Below are positions 15,601-28,175 of a stretch of 64,000 nt of DNA, piece by piece. The notes beneath the pieces were generated by a model. It saw nothing but the letters and a program-made list of their open reading frames with translations. It ran no database searches and was not told the origin of the DNA. A program made the position numbers and the translations under genes. Source of the DNA: Camelus dromedarius (Eukaryota); contig NC_087436.1 in NCBI RefSeq assembly GCF_036321535.1, positions 56,670,001-56,734,000 of the forward strand. Direction: 5' to 3'. The stretch's first letter is position 1. Each line of letters begins with the position of its first letter.

Positions 15601-16204
15601 AGAGCCAAAATGTTAATAAGTAGTTATTTCTGCACAGCACAAGAGAGTGATTTTTGTTACAATTCCTTGTATTTCTCAAGTTCACTTCAAGGGATATGTA
15701 TTCTTCACCAGAAAACTATACAGAGAAGTCGCTTTTCAGAAGATATTACACACTGTAAACCCTGGCTCAGTGAGCCCCAGAGGCCCAGAGAATACTCACA
15801 TCTATACTGACAGCAAGTCTTTCTCTGGGAAATGAACTCACTCATTTTACTTTTAGAAAGAAAAAAGGGAGGAGGCACAAGAAGAACGGAGTTCCTACTC
15901 TGTAACAGGTGTGACAGGTAGAGGAACAAGTCCTGGCAATAAGAATGGTCCCTTTCTCTCAGGAGACAATAGACTGGTGAAATGTTTAGCCAATTATTTG
16001 TATCAATTTTTCCTAAAGTATGTTCTGAGGAACATTAGCCCAATGATAAATGCAGGGAAAAAACAAGTCCCAAGGTCAAAAACCCCTTTTTTCGGAGACA
16101 GTCACAATGCGTATTAGCATCATCAAGGCTCAGCGAATGCTTGCAGTTTAAAAGCGTCAGCAATGCCCAGATTTCTTTGATCACTTATTTACATAATGAA
16201 TGCC

Positions 16205-16425
16205 TGTGGTGTTTACTATGACATTGTTCTGAACGCTTTACAAATATTCACTCTTCTAATCCGCAAGTAAACTTACTAAGTAATCACTATTATTGTCATT
16301 CCCCTTTTACAGATGAAGCTGAAACACGAGAAGGGTCAGTAACTTGCCCAAGGTCACACACCTAAAAAGTGACAAGAAGGCCAACTCCAGAGTCCCCACA
16401 GTTAACCAGTAGGCCGTGCTGCCAC
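16205..16425 (-). mobile_element. MIR SINE
   Basis: MIR core ttttacagatgaagctgaaac...gtaacttgcccaaggtcacac. Confidence 0.85.
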
Positions 16426-17269
16426 CCGCAAGATCCGTCTTGGGCTACACCGCCTGCCATTCCACAAAACCACTATTTATGAAAATAAAGGCAGTCAAGT
16501 AAAACATACTGTTGTATGTCAACTGCTCACCCCAACTGGCCGAACAGCTCACACTACTTCAAACTCCAAATTTCTCACTTAGTATGTGATGAGTGAGAAA
16601 TAACTTGCTACAGTGTTAGGCTTAAAATTTTCTAGCGTGTAATTACTAAACGAGAGAAATTTGGTTAAATTGTTTTCCCTCTCTGTTGTCATTTAATTTT
16701 ATCAAACATCTTAACTCGAAGGAATTTTGATTAAATAAAAATCTACATAACTTAGGCCATTTCTATATTCAAGTTCCAAGAGTCTCCTAACTTCCAGAGG
16801 TTTCTGGGTTTATTTGTCATTTTCTTCTTCATGCCTATCTGACTTTAAAAATCCTAAAAGATGTAATTGACAGGGAGATGGGGAACACTGTGATCACTAA
16901 TTATCAAATGATACGCTCAGTGTTATGTTTCAAAATGAAGAGATCGATGTAGATTGGTGCTGTCAACATATGGTTAAGTGAAAGTGTAAGTAAAAAAACA
17001 TGTGATCTTACTTTCGTTTAAAAATACATTACATTTCGTTTAAAAATGCACAAGAGCCTTCATAAAGTATATATGTGTAGTATATCAAAGTACTAATTTT
17101 AGGTAATAAGGAAATTTATTTTCTGTAAGTTTACCTGCAATTTCTAATTCTCCTACCAAGAAGATTATGTCATCAGGAAAACTCTAAAATTCCCATATGA
17201 AGAGCTTGCATAAAAGATGCAGGTTAACAAAAGCCACTTAGAAACACCCCTCTTTCAGTTGCTTGTGAT

Positions 17270-17510
17270 CAAGAAAATGATACTCCTTTCTATGACTCTC
17301 CACCACTGTACCTTGTTTATTTCCTTCACAGCCCTAATCACAACTTGATTTGTAAATACTATGTTGTTTATTTCTTGTCCCCTCCCCAGTCCTCAACCCA
17401 AGTAAGGACATATGTGCTTTTCTGTATCCACGCCTAGCATAGTGCATGGCCCTAAACAGTGAGTCTATAAATATACACTGTGTTAATAATGAATAAAAGA
17501 ATGAATGAAA
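17270..17510 (+). mobile_element. L2 3' end
   Basis: cctagcatagtgcatggc...aaatat...gaatgaatgaa terminus. Confidence 0.7.
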
Positions 17511-19599
17511 CACAACCAAATTACATACATGGTAGGTTTACAGACTATCAAGTAAAAAATTTAAGGCAATCAAACTGCTTGACAGAAAAGTACTTACATA
17601 ACAACAATTGCCATTTTCTGAGCCATTATTGCATGAATAGAAGTATATAATTTGGGGTGGAAAGCAGATGTCCAACAGAGTTAAGGGGAGCCAACTGCTC
17701 TTATCAATCCAAGAAGGCTCTGAAAAGGAGGTAGCTTTCAGAAGCTTAATCAACAGAAAATGGGAACTTAACTGTTACAACTTCTGATAAATTGAAGAGG
17801 ATTTATTTACAAACAAACAATTTAACGAAGCATAGGCAGGAGTGTAAAAGAAGGGTAGTGCAGTCAATCAGGATAGTAAAAGCAGAGGAGCTAATTCCAG
17901 AGATTACTGGAATCCTGAGACAGAGACAGCCCAAGAGAAGGGTCCCTTCAGGAGATCAGGGACTTCCCGTGCAGGGACACAGGCAGCCTAAGCTGATTAC
18001 GGAAGAAGCAAACCAAATCAATACCCTCTCTCCACCCTCCCTCTAATCTCCTGTTGGGGGTCCCTAGTAACCTAAGTTATCTGGAAATCAGCACAGTTCA
18101 TCCAGGTTTCCTCCTGGACAGAGTATAAAGTAGAAGCGGGGACCACAGATCTGGGGAGGCAAGCAGAAGATACTGGACACAGAAGCCAGTGGGTGTAACG
18201 CATGAGGTTTCAGCAAAATGGAGTTAGACAGGAAGAGAGGACACTCAGATACAGAAGGGACTCTCTACTTATTGAAAAAGGACCTAAAGCAACAGTGAAA
18301 GAATTGCTGGACATGTAGAAGCGAGGTAATGCCAAGTTGCTTGTGAAGCCCACTTGAGTAAAGTACTACATTCTGCAATAAGAGGAAGGATTTGGGGATA
18401 AGCCCCCATTATGTGCACTAGTGTAGCTAAATGTCATCGGACAACAGCAGAATAGTAGCTCGTTTCCAGAGAAGAAACTGATAATTTAGTACCTTTTACA
18501 GATCATTGTAAAGTGTACTAGTTAGATAAAACTCACTGATTTGTATCAAGAGATTAATTTAGACAAAGGCATCATCATTGCAGGCTTCCTTGGAATCACT
18601 TCAGATTCATAAATCACCAAATTAACTAGTGACAGATGTGTCTGTACTTGTTTAAGTCCATATCTATCTAACTGCTATAAAAATGACTAAAATGTTTATC
18701 TCAAGACAGCCAGGCAACAAATGTTATAAAGATATATTGGATTGTATCTCTTTTCCTTTAGCCAATAAGTAAATACAACCTGCAGAAAAATCATTTCCAA
18801 ACTTGCTACTTAATACTTCCAAAGCTGAAGGCACATGCAGCCATACATTTTTTTGAAAGACAGGAAAAATAAAGTCAGCAGAGTCAAAGCTACGGGTCTC
18901 TAATAGACTGCACTCAACAGCTTTCCACAAATATTTACTGAACGCCTACTATATACTAGCTCTTTGCAAAGGACTGGGATATGATGGGTGAGATCCAGAT
19001 CTAAAATACGGACTTTACAGTGAAGTCTTTCAAGAAACATGCAAAGTTTTCAAGGCTGAGGGTTAGAAAAAAATGACAGTAAAACCTAATTAGAGGAATT
19101 CTGACTTGCATCCTTTCCTTTTTAATCAGCACACAAAATTTATGTATGATGAAGTGTAGAAAAGGTTAGTTCAAAGAGCCAAGCATCCCCACGTAGACCA
19201 AAGATCACTCTGAGCCCTAAAGAACCTTGCCACAACATTTCCCAAGACATACTGCAGCCTCTGAGCCAAGGAGCTTGCTTGTAGCCCAGGAGGTATTTGA
19301 AGGAAGGTAAAAAGGTGACATCTGGGAACTGTGAGGTGCTGAGATCTACAGTTTAAAAGTAAAAGCAACCATTGAACCAGCGGATTGCTGCAATGAAGAT
19401 CTGTGGGGGCAGGGGAAACCACACGGCATGATTCAACCCAGTTACTCTTACTCAGTGATAAGAACAATGTCTGATCAATCTCTCCAGGTTCCACCCTTGG
19501 CCAAACCACCAAATTCAGCTAGATGCTTCTCATGGTCTCCCACCACATCATCTTCGGACATTGTTGCTCACACTACAGACAGTCATGCTAAGTCACATT

Positions 19600-20095
19600 T
19601 GTTCACTTCCATTTAAAATTCTCCAGGGTGGTTCAATAAAATGTACTTCGAATAAAATGCATACTTTATAACGTGGGCCTAGCAAGCGCTCTGACCTCAT
19701 CTCTATCATTTCCCCTCACTGCCAGTGTGGCCAGCCTGCTGCTGCTTCAGAGACAGCCTTAATGTTCCCCCTGCCAGGAAGCTCTCCCACATCTCCACTG
19801 GGCTGACTCTCTTGTCCAGGAACATCCTTAGAGAGGCCTTCCTTGACCACCTCACATAAAGTAGCCCCAGCACTCGCTGTCATATCACCCTGTCTTATTT
19901 TCCTAATGGCAATTCTCACTACTGGAAATTATCTTACTCATGTGCTTGTTTACAGTTCACTGTGCTTCCACTCTCTAGAATGAGAGTTCAATGACAGCAA
20001 TGGCCTTGTGCCTCTTGTGGCTGCAATGTCCCAAAGTATATAATAATGCCAGGTCAAGAGTAGGCATTCCAACATTCAAGTAAAAACGAATGTAA
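19600..20095 (+). mobile_element. L2 3' region
   Basis: agagaggccttccttgaccac...ctagaatgagagttcaatg motifs. Confidence 0.75.
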
Positions 20096-23000
20096 TTAAG
20101 ATAACTGGCATGTAAGTAAATGCTCTAAAACTCATGAAAATTGATTACTGCCTGATGTAAATCATGCATTAACCTTTTTTTTTTCTTATCTCAATACTAC
20201 AGATCAGCTTTAAGAATACTCAGAAGTAACATAAAATGTCCCTCTTCTCTATCCCAAATCTTCATTTCTCTCTCCAGACTCTATCCCTAAAGTTTCAGTT
20301 TTCCTTAATTTTAATCATTAATTCAGTGCAAATGACTTACATCTTTATGTGCAGGCCTGGCCCCTCTCTCCTCTGCACCCTGGCCTGCCTCTGATACTAC
20401 AACACTTCTACTTCCAATTTCTGCCATCACATCAAATTTGGCATATGGAAACCCGAAATTAGTACCTCTCCAGCAAAATCATTTCTCCTTCTACCCTTAA
20501 TACTTTTATCAACTATCCTCCAGATACCCAGGTTTAAAAGCTAGAAATTATCTTGATTATGAAATTCAAGAACTGGAAGGGAGATTGGAAAACATCAAGT
20601 GAAGCGGTCGTCAAGCTTTTTTTAAACTGAGTTTGCCTTTTTTTTCAAACAAAAGCTCACAGGGAAGTCTGATATGTAAAACAGATGAATTTGCAGTTGT
20701 TCTGGGAGTTAAATAGGTCTCTGAAGAAAAACTTCAAAAAGAGCCCTTAATCTGGTCCAAACTTCCTTTCTTTTCTCCTCACCCCTCTTCAACATACACA
20801 CAGAAAGTTACAGAGGAGAAAGTTTAAGTCCAGAGAGCTTAAATCTTTTTTGCAGGTAGAAATAATTCAGTCTACCCAAGCTGACACAGTTAACACCCAG
20901 AACAATTCTTAATACATAAAAGCACTTAGAAGTCCGTGTTCTAAAAGACACATATCACCTCCATGCATATGTAAACCCAATTATTGTCAGTTACTGCAAA
21001 CTGATACATTTCATGCAGGACTTATCAGTTGGCATGAGAAGTCTTCAGCATTTCAATAACAACTGTTAACTTCTAATAATAGACAGATTTACCCACTTCT
21101 AGTGAAAGAAAGCAAACATGAGTCCAGTGAGAAGAACCGTGGCCCCGGGAATACAATGCGAGGTCTCAGTTCTATAGCCCATGGGGCTTCATGGCCTAGT
21201 TCTGAGCCTGGTTTTCACATTCTTTGGGCCTCATCTGCTTCATCATCAATATTAACGTGTGATGAGATGCTTTCTCCAACTCCTTCAACCCTCAGTCTCT
21301 GAGCTGCTATTACACCATGTTAAAGTATTTCCCCCCTTCAGGTGCTGCACCAACAAAAGGTAGCATCACAAGTTAGAGACAAATTGGAAGAGAACAAATC
21401 ATCCTTTGAGGATTTTCTGAGTATCTATCATAAGACAGGTACTGTGCTGGGCGTCTGAAACACAAGGAAGGTAAGAAAAGGACCCTATCTCACCTCAAAG
21501 AGAAAAACAGCCCGAGAGGAAGAGCCGAGCTATCACACGGCAGAGAGGTGAACGCTGAGGGAGGAGTGCACTGAAGCCAGAGGGTAGACATGAGGCGGCT
21601 TATGAAAATTAGAAGAGGCTTTATTAGGTTGGCGTAGATGACAACTGACTTTCAATTTAAATGATAAATAGGAGTTGAGCGCTGAAGAAAAGTGGAGGGT
21701 GCTTTATCTACCCCCCAAAAATCACACTTTAAATTGTATTATTTATTTAAAAGCACAAGGCATACAGTACTTACTGTAACAAAAATAATTTATCAGGCCA
21801 CCTCAACAATTTTCGATGTTTATGAAGAAAAAAGTTAAGTCAATTTCCTTTTAATAAATATTATTTAATGACTGGAACATTCTGAAGGGCATATATGAGC
21901 ACACCATGAGCAGGGGCAGCACGTCACTCAGGGACAATGATCTAACAGGGAATTTCAGAAAACCCTGCCCAGGCTAAATGCTGCACAGCACCTGGCAGAA
22001 AAGGTGGCAAAGCCCCTATAAATAGTGATTGATTCACTAACATGACATAAATCAAGATTTTAACTCACCAAAAACTAACATTTTGATTTAAAATCACAAA
22101 TCAGTGCCATTAAAATTCATCAGCAGACTCTAGCACTTGAGTAATGAGATCATATCAACTCATATCTTGTGACCAAAAGAAAAAGGTGGTTTTCTAAACG
22201 GTAATTCAGATTGGACAAATAACGCACTGTATCAAGTTTTGTAGCCCTAGGCCATATTTTGCTAAAAACAAAGGTACATTATACATGAGTAAAGAAAACA
22301 GTGAAAATCAGAGCAATTAATTTCTCAGCTATGTTTCCCACAAAAAACCATCACTCCTATGATTTGCTTACAGCACACAACCTTTTTTTGCATCGCACAA
22401 TGATCTAAGTGTGTAATAACGTGCATATTTCACGAAGATGTAATATCCTTCAAAACATCCTTATGGTGAACGTTTTCCAAAGAAATTATTGATCTCTGAA
22501 ATGTCTCATGTTTTAAAATCACTGACAAATCCTTTCCTATTTTCTTTGCAGTTAGAAATAATTCTTCTTGATCACTAGAGTGTAAAAGGTATAAGAGTAC
22601 AAAGACTGAATATTTTCTTAAAGACACATGTCCCAGTTGACACAGGACATTTTCCATAATTTTCCCCAAACAATAATTAGGAGAGCTGTCACTAGGATCT
22701 TAAAAATATATCTAAGAAAACAGGTATTAGTTGGCATCAGTTTAGGATAGCAAAGAATTTCCCTAAGCGCTCTTTCAAATAATTTTCAAATAGTTTTTAG
22801 CTGAGTCCCCTCAGCACTGGGGGAAACCTTCGTGTTTCTTCCCAGAATCTAGGAACCTTTTCTCAGGTGGCTCAGCTCCACTGCAGGTATATTTGGTACT
22901 TTCTCTTTATATGTTACAGGCCATCAGCAGCTTTCTTCTTCTGTTTTCTTTCACTGGCACCTTTGTGGCTGCTCACAGTCACTGACCTCACCTTGGTGGA

Positions 23001-23294
23001 AAGGTGACTAAGAAAAGAGCAATTCCTAATAACTGAAGGAAACCAGAGTTCCCATTCTGTGGGGAACAAATACGAAGGACCCAGGACCCTACTGGAGCGG
23101 CGCGGCTCAAAAAGAAAGACACCGCACCGGACAACTTCCTGAGGGTCTCAAGTCTAACACCGCAAGGGACAGACAGAAATATGGAGCCCTGACACAAACG
23201 GGACCGAGCAGACTGATGGGTGCAGAGAGCAAGACACAGTGAGACAAGGAGCAGAAAGTCAGCCTCTAAATGAGAGCGCGCGCGAAAGAGTCTG

Positions 23295-23470
23295 GGAGAC
23301 AGAGAGGACAGAGAGAGACAGAAAGGGGAGCGGGAAGAAAGAGAAACAGAGGGAGACTGAAAGAGACAACAGGGGGTGGGGGGAGAGAGAGAAAGACAGA
23401 AATGAGAATGGGGGGGGAGGGGACACTGAGAACCTGAGAGAGACAGAGCAACAGACGGGGGGCCAGAGAC
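23295..23470. repeat. GA-rich low-complexity tract flanking the CpG island
   Basis: Degenerate gagaca/gagaga repeats. Confidence 0.85.
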
Positions 23471-24046
23471 AAGCAATAGCGGCAGCGACGAGCAGGTCCG
23501 AGGCGCCGGGACCAGCCCGCTGCGCACTTTCTCCGCCGCGGGGTCTCAGGAGGCGCCCGGGGCAGGTGGCTCCGTACGGAGCCGGGAGCCGGCGGGTCCT
23601 GCCTCGGCGGGCTCCGCGCCTCTGGCCGGCGGGGCTCCCTCTTTCCCCCAACTCCGGGGCTGCCCTCCGCTCACCCTCCTGCCCCATCCCACGGCGCGCA
23701 GGTCCCGAATGCCCGCCTCGGCGCGTCCCTCCTTCCCCAACTCCGGAGCACGTGTCCCGCCTCTGCCCCCGACTCCTTGCCGGCGCGGGCACGAGGTTCG
23801 GGGGTCCCGGCAGAGCCGCCCATGCACAAAGCCCGGGAGGCCGCCGCCCCACGGCCGTGCGGCTCGCTCTCCTCTCGCCGGCGCGACTGCTCCCGCCCCG
23901 AGCGGCTGCCGCCCGCGGAGCCCCGCGCCCGGCTGCCGCCCACCCGGGCCCCCCTCTGCCCGCCCGCTCGCGCCGGCTCGGCCGCCCACCGCACGCGAGG
24001 ATGAGGACGGCGCCCCACCGCGCGCGCCCGCTCGCCCGCGCCTTAC

Positions 24047-24300
24047 CGGCTGCTGCACCCGGCCCTACCGTCCTCGGCGCCGCCGCCCCGCCGCCCCGGG
24101 TCCCCGGCCGGTTCCGGCGCCCCGCAGGCCCCGCGCGCACTCCGCGCCCCGCGCCCGGCCGTGCCGTCAACTTCTGGCCGCCGTGGCCGCTCTGCCGCCG
24201 TCGCCGCCGCCGCCGCCGCCGCCGCCGCGGGACTTTTTTTTTTCCCCCTCTCGCTCCTCGGCTGCCTCTGGAATTTTTTTTTTTTTCACTTGCCCTCTCC
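24047..24300 (-). other. FRYL: Non-coding first exon (5' UTR), probably of FRYL (FRY-like transcription coactivator); TSS approximate
   Basis: Minus strand reads ...GTCCCGCGGCGGCGG...GACGGCGGCAGAGCGGCCACGGCGGCCAGAAGTTGACGGC...GGGTGCAGCAGCCG|GTAAGG (strong donor at 24046) with no ATG. Gene identity is from my recall of the FRYL 5' UTR and fits a very long first intron; not verified by search. Confidence 0.55.
24194..24228 (-). repeat. GGC trinucleotide repeat in the 5' UTR: (GGC)8 GAC (GGC)2
   Basis: Plus strand gcc gcc gtc (gcc)8 gc, read directly. Confidence 0.95.
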
Positions 24301-27300
24301 AGCTCCCACTAGTGATTGGAGACTGAGAGCCAAGTACTTAACGAAGGGATTACACTTCTCGACGCACTTGGAGCTGCCCCAGCGCCGCCGCCTCTGTAAA
24401 GAAGGGTGAGCGGACTTGGGGAGCCCGCTGCCTCTCGCCCTTCCACCGCCCTGCATCCAGGGTGAACTTCCGAGCTCAGCCTGCTTCGCAGAGCCTCACC
24501 TCGATTTCAATCACAGATGCTTTCTTGGTCATGTGTAACAGGGATTTCAAAAAAACCTACGTTTGAGGAACAAAGATTTGTGGAATTACTGGTCAGTGAG
24601 AGCTGCAAGGGGCTCCCAAAGATGATCTAGCGCAGTGGACTGAAACTTTTCAGGGCCAATGACACTTTTGAGAAGTTGATAAAACGTTAACACACCTCGT
24701 AAAAAAAAAACCACACTTAACACGTCAAATTATGCCTGCAGTTCTGGACGGGGAGTGTAGGAACCCTGAAACACAAGTTGACCTCCTAGGGAAAAGATAT
24801 TCTTTTCTTTAAATACATTTAAACTTTAAAAAAAAAAAAAAAGCACTTAAACAAAAAGAAAACACTATTTGATGAAATTTTACAATTAGCGTGTTTATTT
24901 TGGAAAAGTACGTAACGTCTTCACTTCGTGGTTCCCTTGCTACATCTTTTAAGTGTTGAAACATTTTCTAAAGAGGTAAATATAACTTAAGCTAGCCCAC
25001 AATCTTTCAAGAGACTTGGGGAGAATAGTTAACTTTCCAAAATCAGCCATTTTGCTATCTGTATCTCCCAAGGACATACCTAACGACTTCCAAATATTTT
25101 TTTCCTCAGCTGCCTACCCTCCAGAATTTCCTTGTTTTGCAAAATTTTCCCGACTTTGAAATATTAATAAACCCTCTTTGGTCACCATCAAGCATGTGAT
25201 TTAAATAATTTAATACAATTTCACTCTCATGTAGTTTTTCCAATTTTTTCATATCTATTTCTATTGTCTAATTCTTAGCCTACTGTTTTCTTTCAATTCC
25301 TCCTTTTTTAAAATTATTCCCATTAAATGATTTTATGTTAAGTATTAAAAATGATTCTTTGAACTTACAAGAAAATGTTTAATTGTGTATAACTGTATTT
25401 TATGCAGTTCCCACTCAGGAGTGAGCAGGTGGTGCTCCAGGCACTCACTGATTGAGTCTGTGAAATGTGAGCACATTTTCCCCAAAGACATGTTAGGTAG
25501 GGTCCCCACAAAAGTCTATTTTCCCCATAACGTATCTGAACCATAATATCAATGAGGACTAAACTGCATTCTGGTTCCTGAGGCCAGACTGAAAGAGGAA
25601 AGTTCTGGTTAAGATGACACTAGAAATTTTTCAAAAGAAGTTATATTTGTCATTAGTATCATCTCACCTCCTACTCAACCTTCATTCTAGTCCCTAGTAC
25701 CAGTAATTATCTTACTGTCCCCAGAATCCCAAAGTAGAATCCACACATTTTACCCTTATCACCAAGTCCTCTCTGCTCCTAAACTACTTTCCTCCTTGTC
25801 CTCAAATTTCCTATCATTTCCATCTTCTGACATTAACTAGGTTTCAATAGGGAAAAATTTTGAATTGATCCCCTCCACTGTGTGAATTACTGGGAACTTT
25901 TATGTGACAAACTTTTTTTGCCTTTTTGTTTTTCAATCCTCACAAACTGCGGTGAAATAAATGAGACATGGAAGAAGGGCTGGAGCAGAGAGTGTTGGGG
26001 TCATCTGTATCTTTTCAGAAGCTGTACTAAGGATTGGCTTTTCTCGCTTAACTTTATTCAGAAAACATTCTTCTAAGAATCTATTGGACATAAGACACTA
26101 ATCCAGGGAATATCTGGCATCTCTGGGTAGACAAGACAAATTAAATGAGATATTTTAAAAATTCACAATCAGGAATAAGGAAGTTTCTATTGATTTTCAT
26201 TTAATTAAAAAAGAAAAAGTATTCTGGGTGTCAGAGAATCAGAGGACACCAACAAGGAGACTATTTGATATGGACCTTAAAAGGTAAGATTTCAACAGGC
26301 AGGAAGAGGAATCTGGGTTATAAGCCATTCAACAATCTACTTGATTGAATACCTATGGCATACGATGCACTCATGTTTGAGATTTAAATTCTTGAAAGTC
26401 TTAAGAGGATGTATATTTTTTAAATTAGGACATTCCGTGAGAAGTACAGTCATCAATACATGAACACAACAACTACTGGAGCACAGGAAAAGGAATTATT
26501 CTATCTGGGAATGGGAGGAAAACCGCACACCAAGTGGTCACAGTTTATCAGGGACATGAAGGATCTTTATAGACCAAAGAGCAGTTAGAAAAGGAGTAAG
26601 CATTCTAAGTAGAAGGAACAGAATGAAAAAGCTGAGCGCATTGAGTGAGCAGCTGGTAGCTCGGAGATGCTACCCAAGTTGTGAGGAGAAGGTGTAGCAG
26701 ATGAATCTCAGCTAAGCAGGGTTCAGGTATGACCTTGTCAGATATGCTAATGGAAGATTTTTCCTTGTTAGGTGATGGGGAAGTCTTAGAGATTTTTTTT
26801 CCAGAGGGAATTTGAGGACTTTATGTACAGTATCTAGCCTCCAAGAGAATCACAAAACAAATGAAGTCACTGAACAGCCCTCTCAACACGGACACACACC
26901 AACTGCCCCAGACATTTGCACCCTGCCAGCCTGAATCACTTGCCCGAAGGCTTTAAACACAGACAGAGGACTATATATCACCCAGGTCTAATTGTAGAGA
27001 CTTTTAAACCAAGGTGTTAAATAGTGGATTGGGACTGTCAGAAGATCGTTTAGAGGTACCCAGAGTGGGAGAAATGGAAGCACAGAACTAATTAAGAGGC
27101 TCATGTAAAGAGTGAAGATTTAAACCAAGATAGTGACGTGGCTACCAAGATAACCAGCAGACTTGAACACTTCAGATAGAGTTGTACAAGCTGATTCCCT
27201 GGCCTTGCAGCCTGGGATGGTGGTGCTTTTAAAGGCAACAGGGACCACTGAGGGAGAAGCTGTTCAGAAGAGGAGGGAAAGGCTTAGTTTGGTGGGATGA

Positions 27301-27949
27301 CAAATCTGAGCAAAAGCACAATTTCTTTTTTCATCCAATTGTAAAAGTCAGTCATCTCAAAATTCCAGGTATCTCAGGAGAGGACACCAGAGCAGCAAAA
27401 GCAAGGACTCTCACAGAAATCACAGGCATACTTCCCATGAAGGAAGACATCTGCCTAGCCTTACTGGACTCATACTGTTTTGAGAATTTACATGTGGTAC
27501 AGATCTGAGGAAGTGATTTAGTGAGCTTGCTTCTGTGCTTTCAGCATCCCCTTTCTCCAACTGTTTTCTCTTCATCCATATCCTTACTCCCACATCTTTC
27601 CCTTTTCCACCTCCCCCTCTTCCCAAACTATAAGGGATCTAACCACCATTATGGTAAGTAGCATTCCAGAGTGCTTTTAAGTTATTTCTCTCAAGATGTG
27701 GCATAAAAAGAATCTTTTTCTGAGATATATTAGGAATCAGGTGAAAGATATTTCAGCAGAAGGAAGAAAACTGTTTTCTTTCCCCATGATTCATACTGCT
27801 ATGGTTGTCTTATAACCCACTGCTAATGTGTTGACTACATACACAAAATTAGAGCTTAAACCCCTCAACTGGAGTTTTTAAATCCTTGCTTGTTAATGTA
27901 AGAATGTGTACATACTGGCAAAGTATGTAGCTTCTATAATAGAAGCCAA

Positions 27950-28175
27950 ATTTGTTAACTACCACGTGGTAGGCACACTACTAAGTACCTCATACAGATG
28001 AATACGTTGAGATCTCATGATAAGGTAGGTACTATTTTATTCCCCATTTTACAGATGAGGAAACTGAGGCACAGAGAAGTTAGATAACATGCTGAAGGCC
28101 ATGCTACCAAGTAGAAGAGGCAAGATATGAACCCAGGCAGTGTGGCTACAACACCTCAGGCTTATTCCGTGTACA
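27950..28175 (-). mobile_element. MIR SINE
   Basis: cccattttacagatgaggaaactgaggcacagagaagtta core. Confidence 0.9.

Larger units (their letters stand above)
1..24046 (-). other. Intron 1 (partial) of the CpG-island gene
   Basis: Lies downstream of the GTAAGG donor. Repeat-rich; I found no convincing coding exon in 24 kb. Confidence 0.7.
23480..24500. promoter_or_regulatory. CpG island / promoter of a minus-strand gene
   Basis: Abrupt GC- and CpG-rich block in an AT-rich background. CCAAT on the minus strand at 24315-24319, just upstream of the putative first exon. Confidence 0.95.

Noticed and set aside
22988..24409. Long overlapping ORFs (357, 303, 205, 179, 170 aa)
   Set aside because: Low-complexity Arg/Pro/Gly/Ala translations caused by stop-codon scarcity in the CpG island and GA tract; no domain signal.
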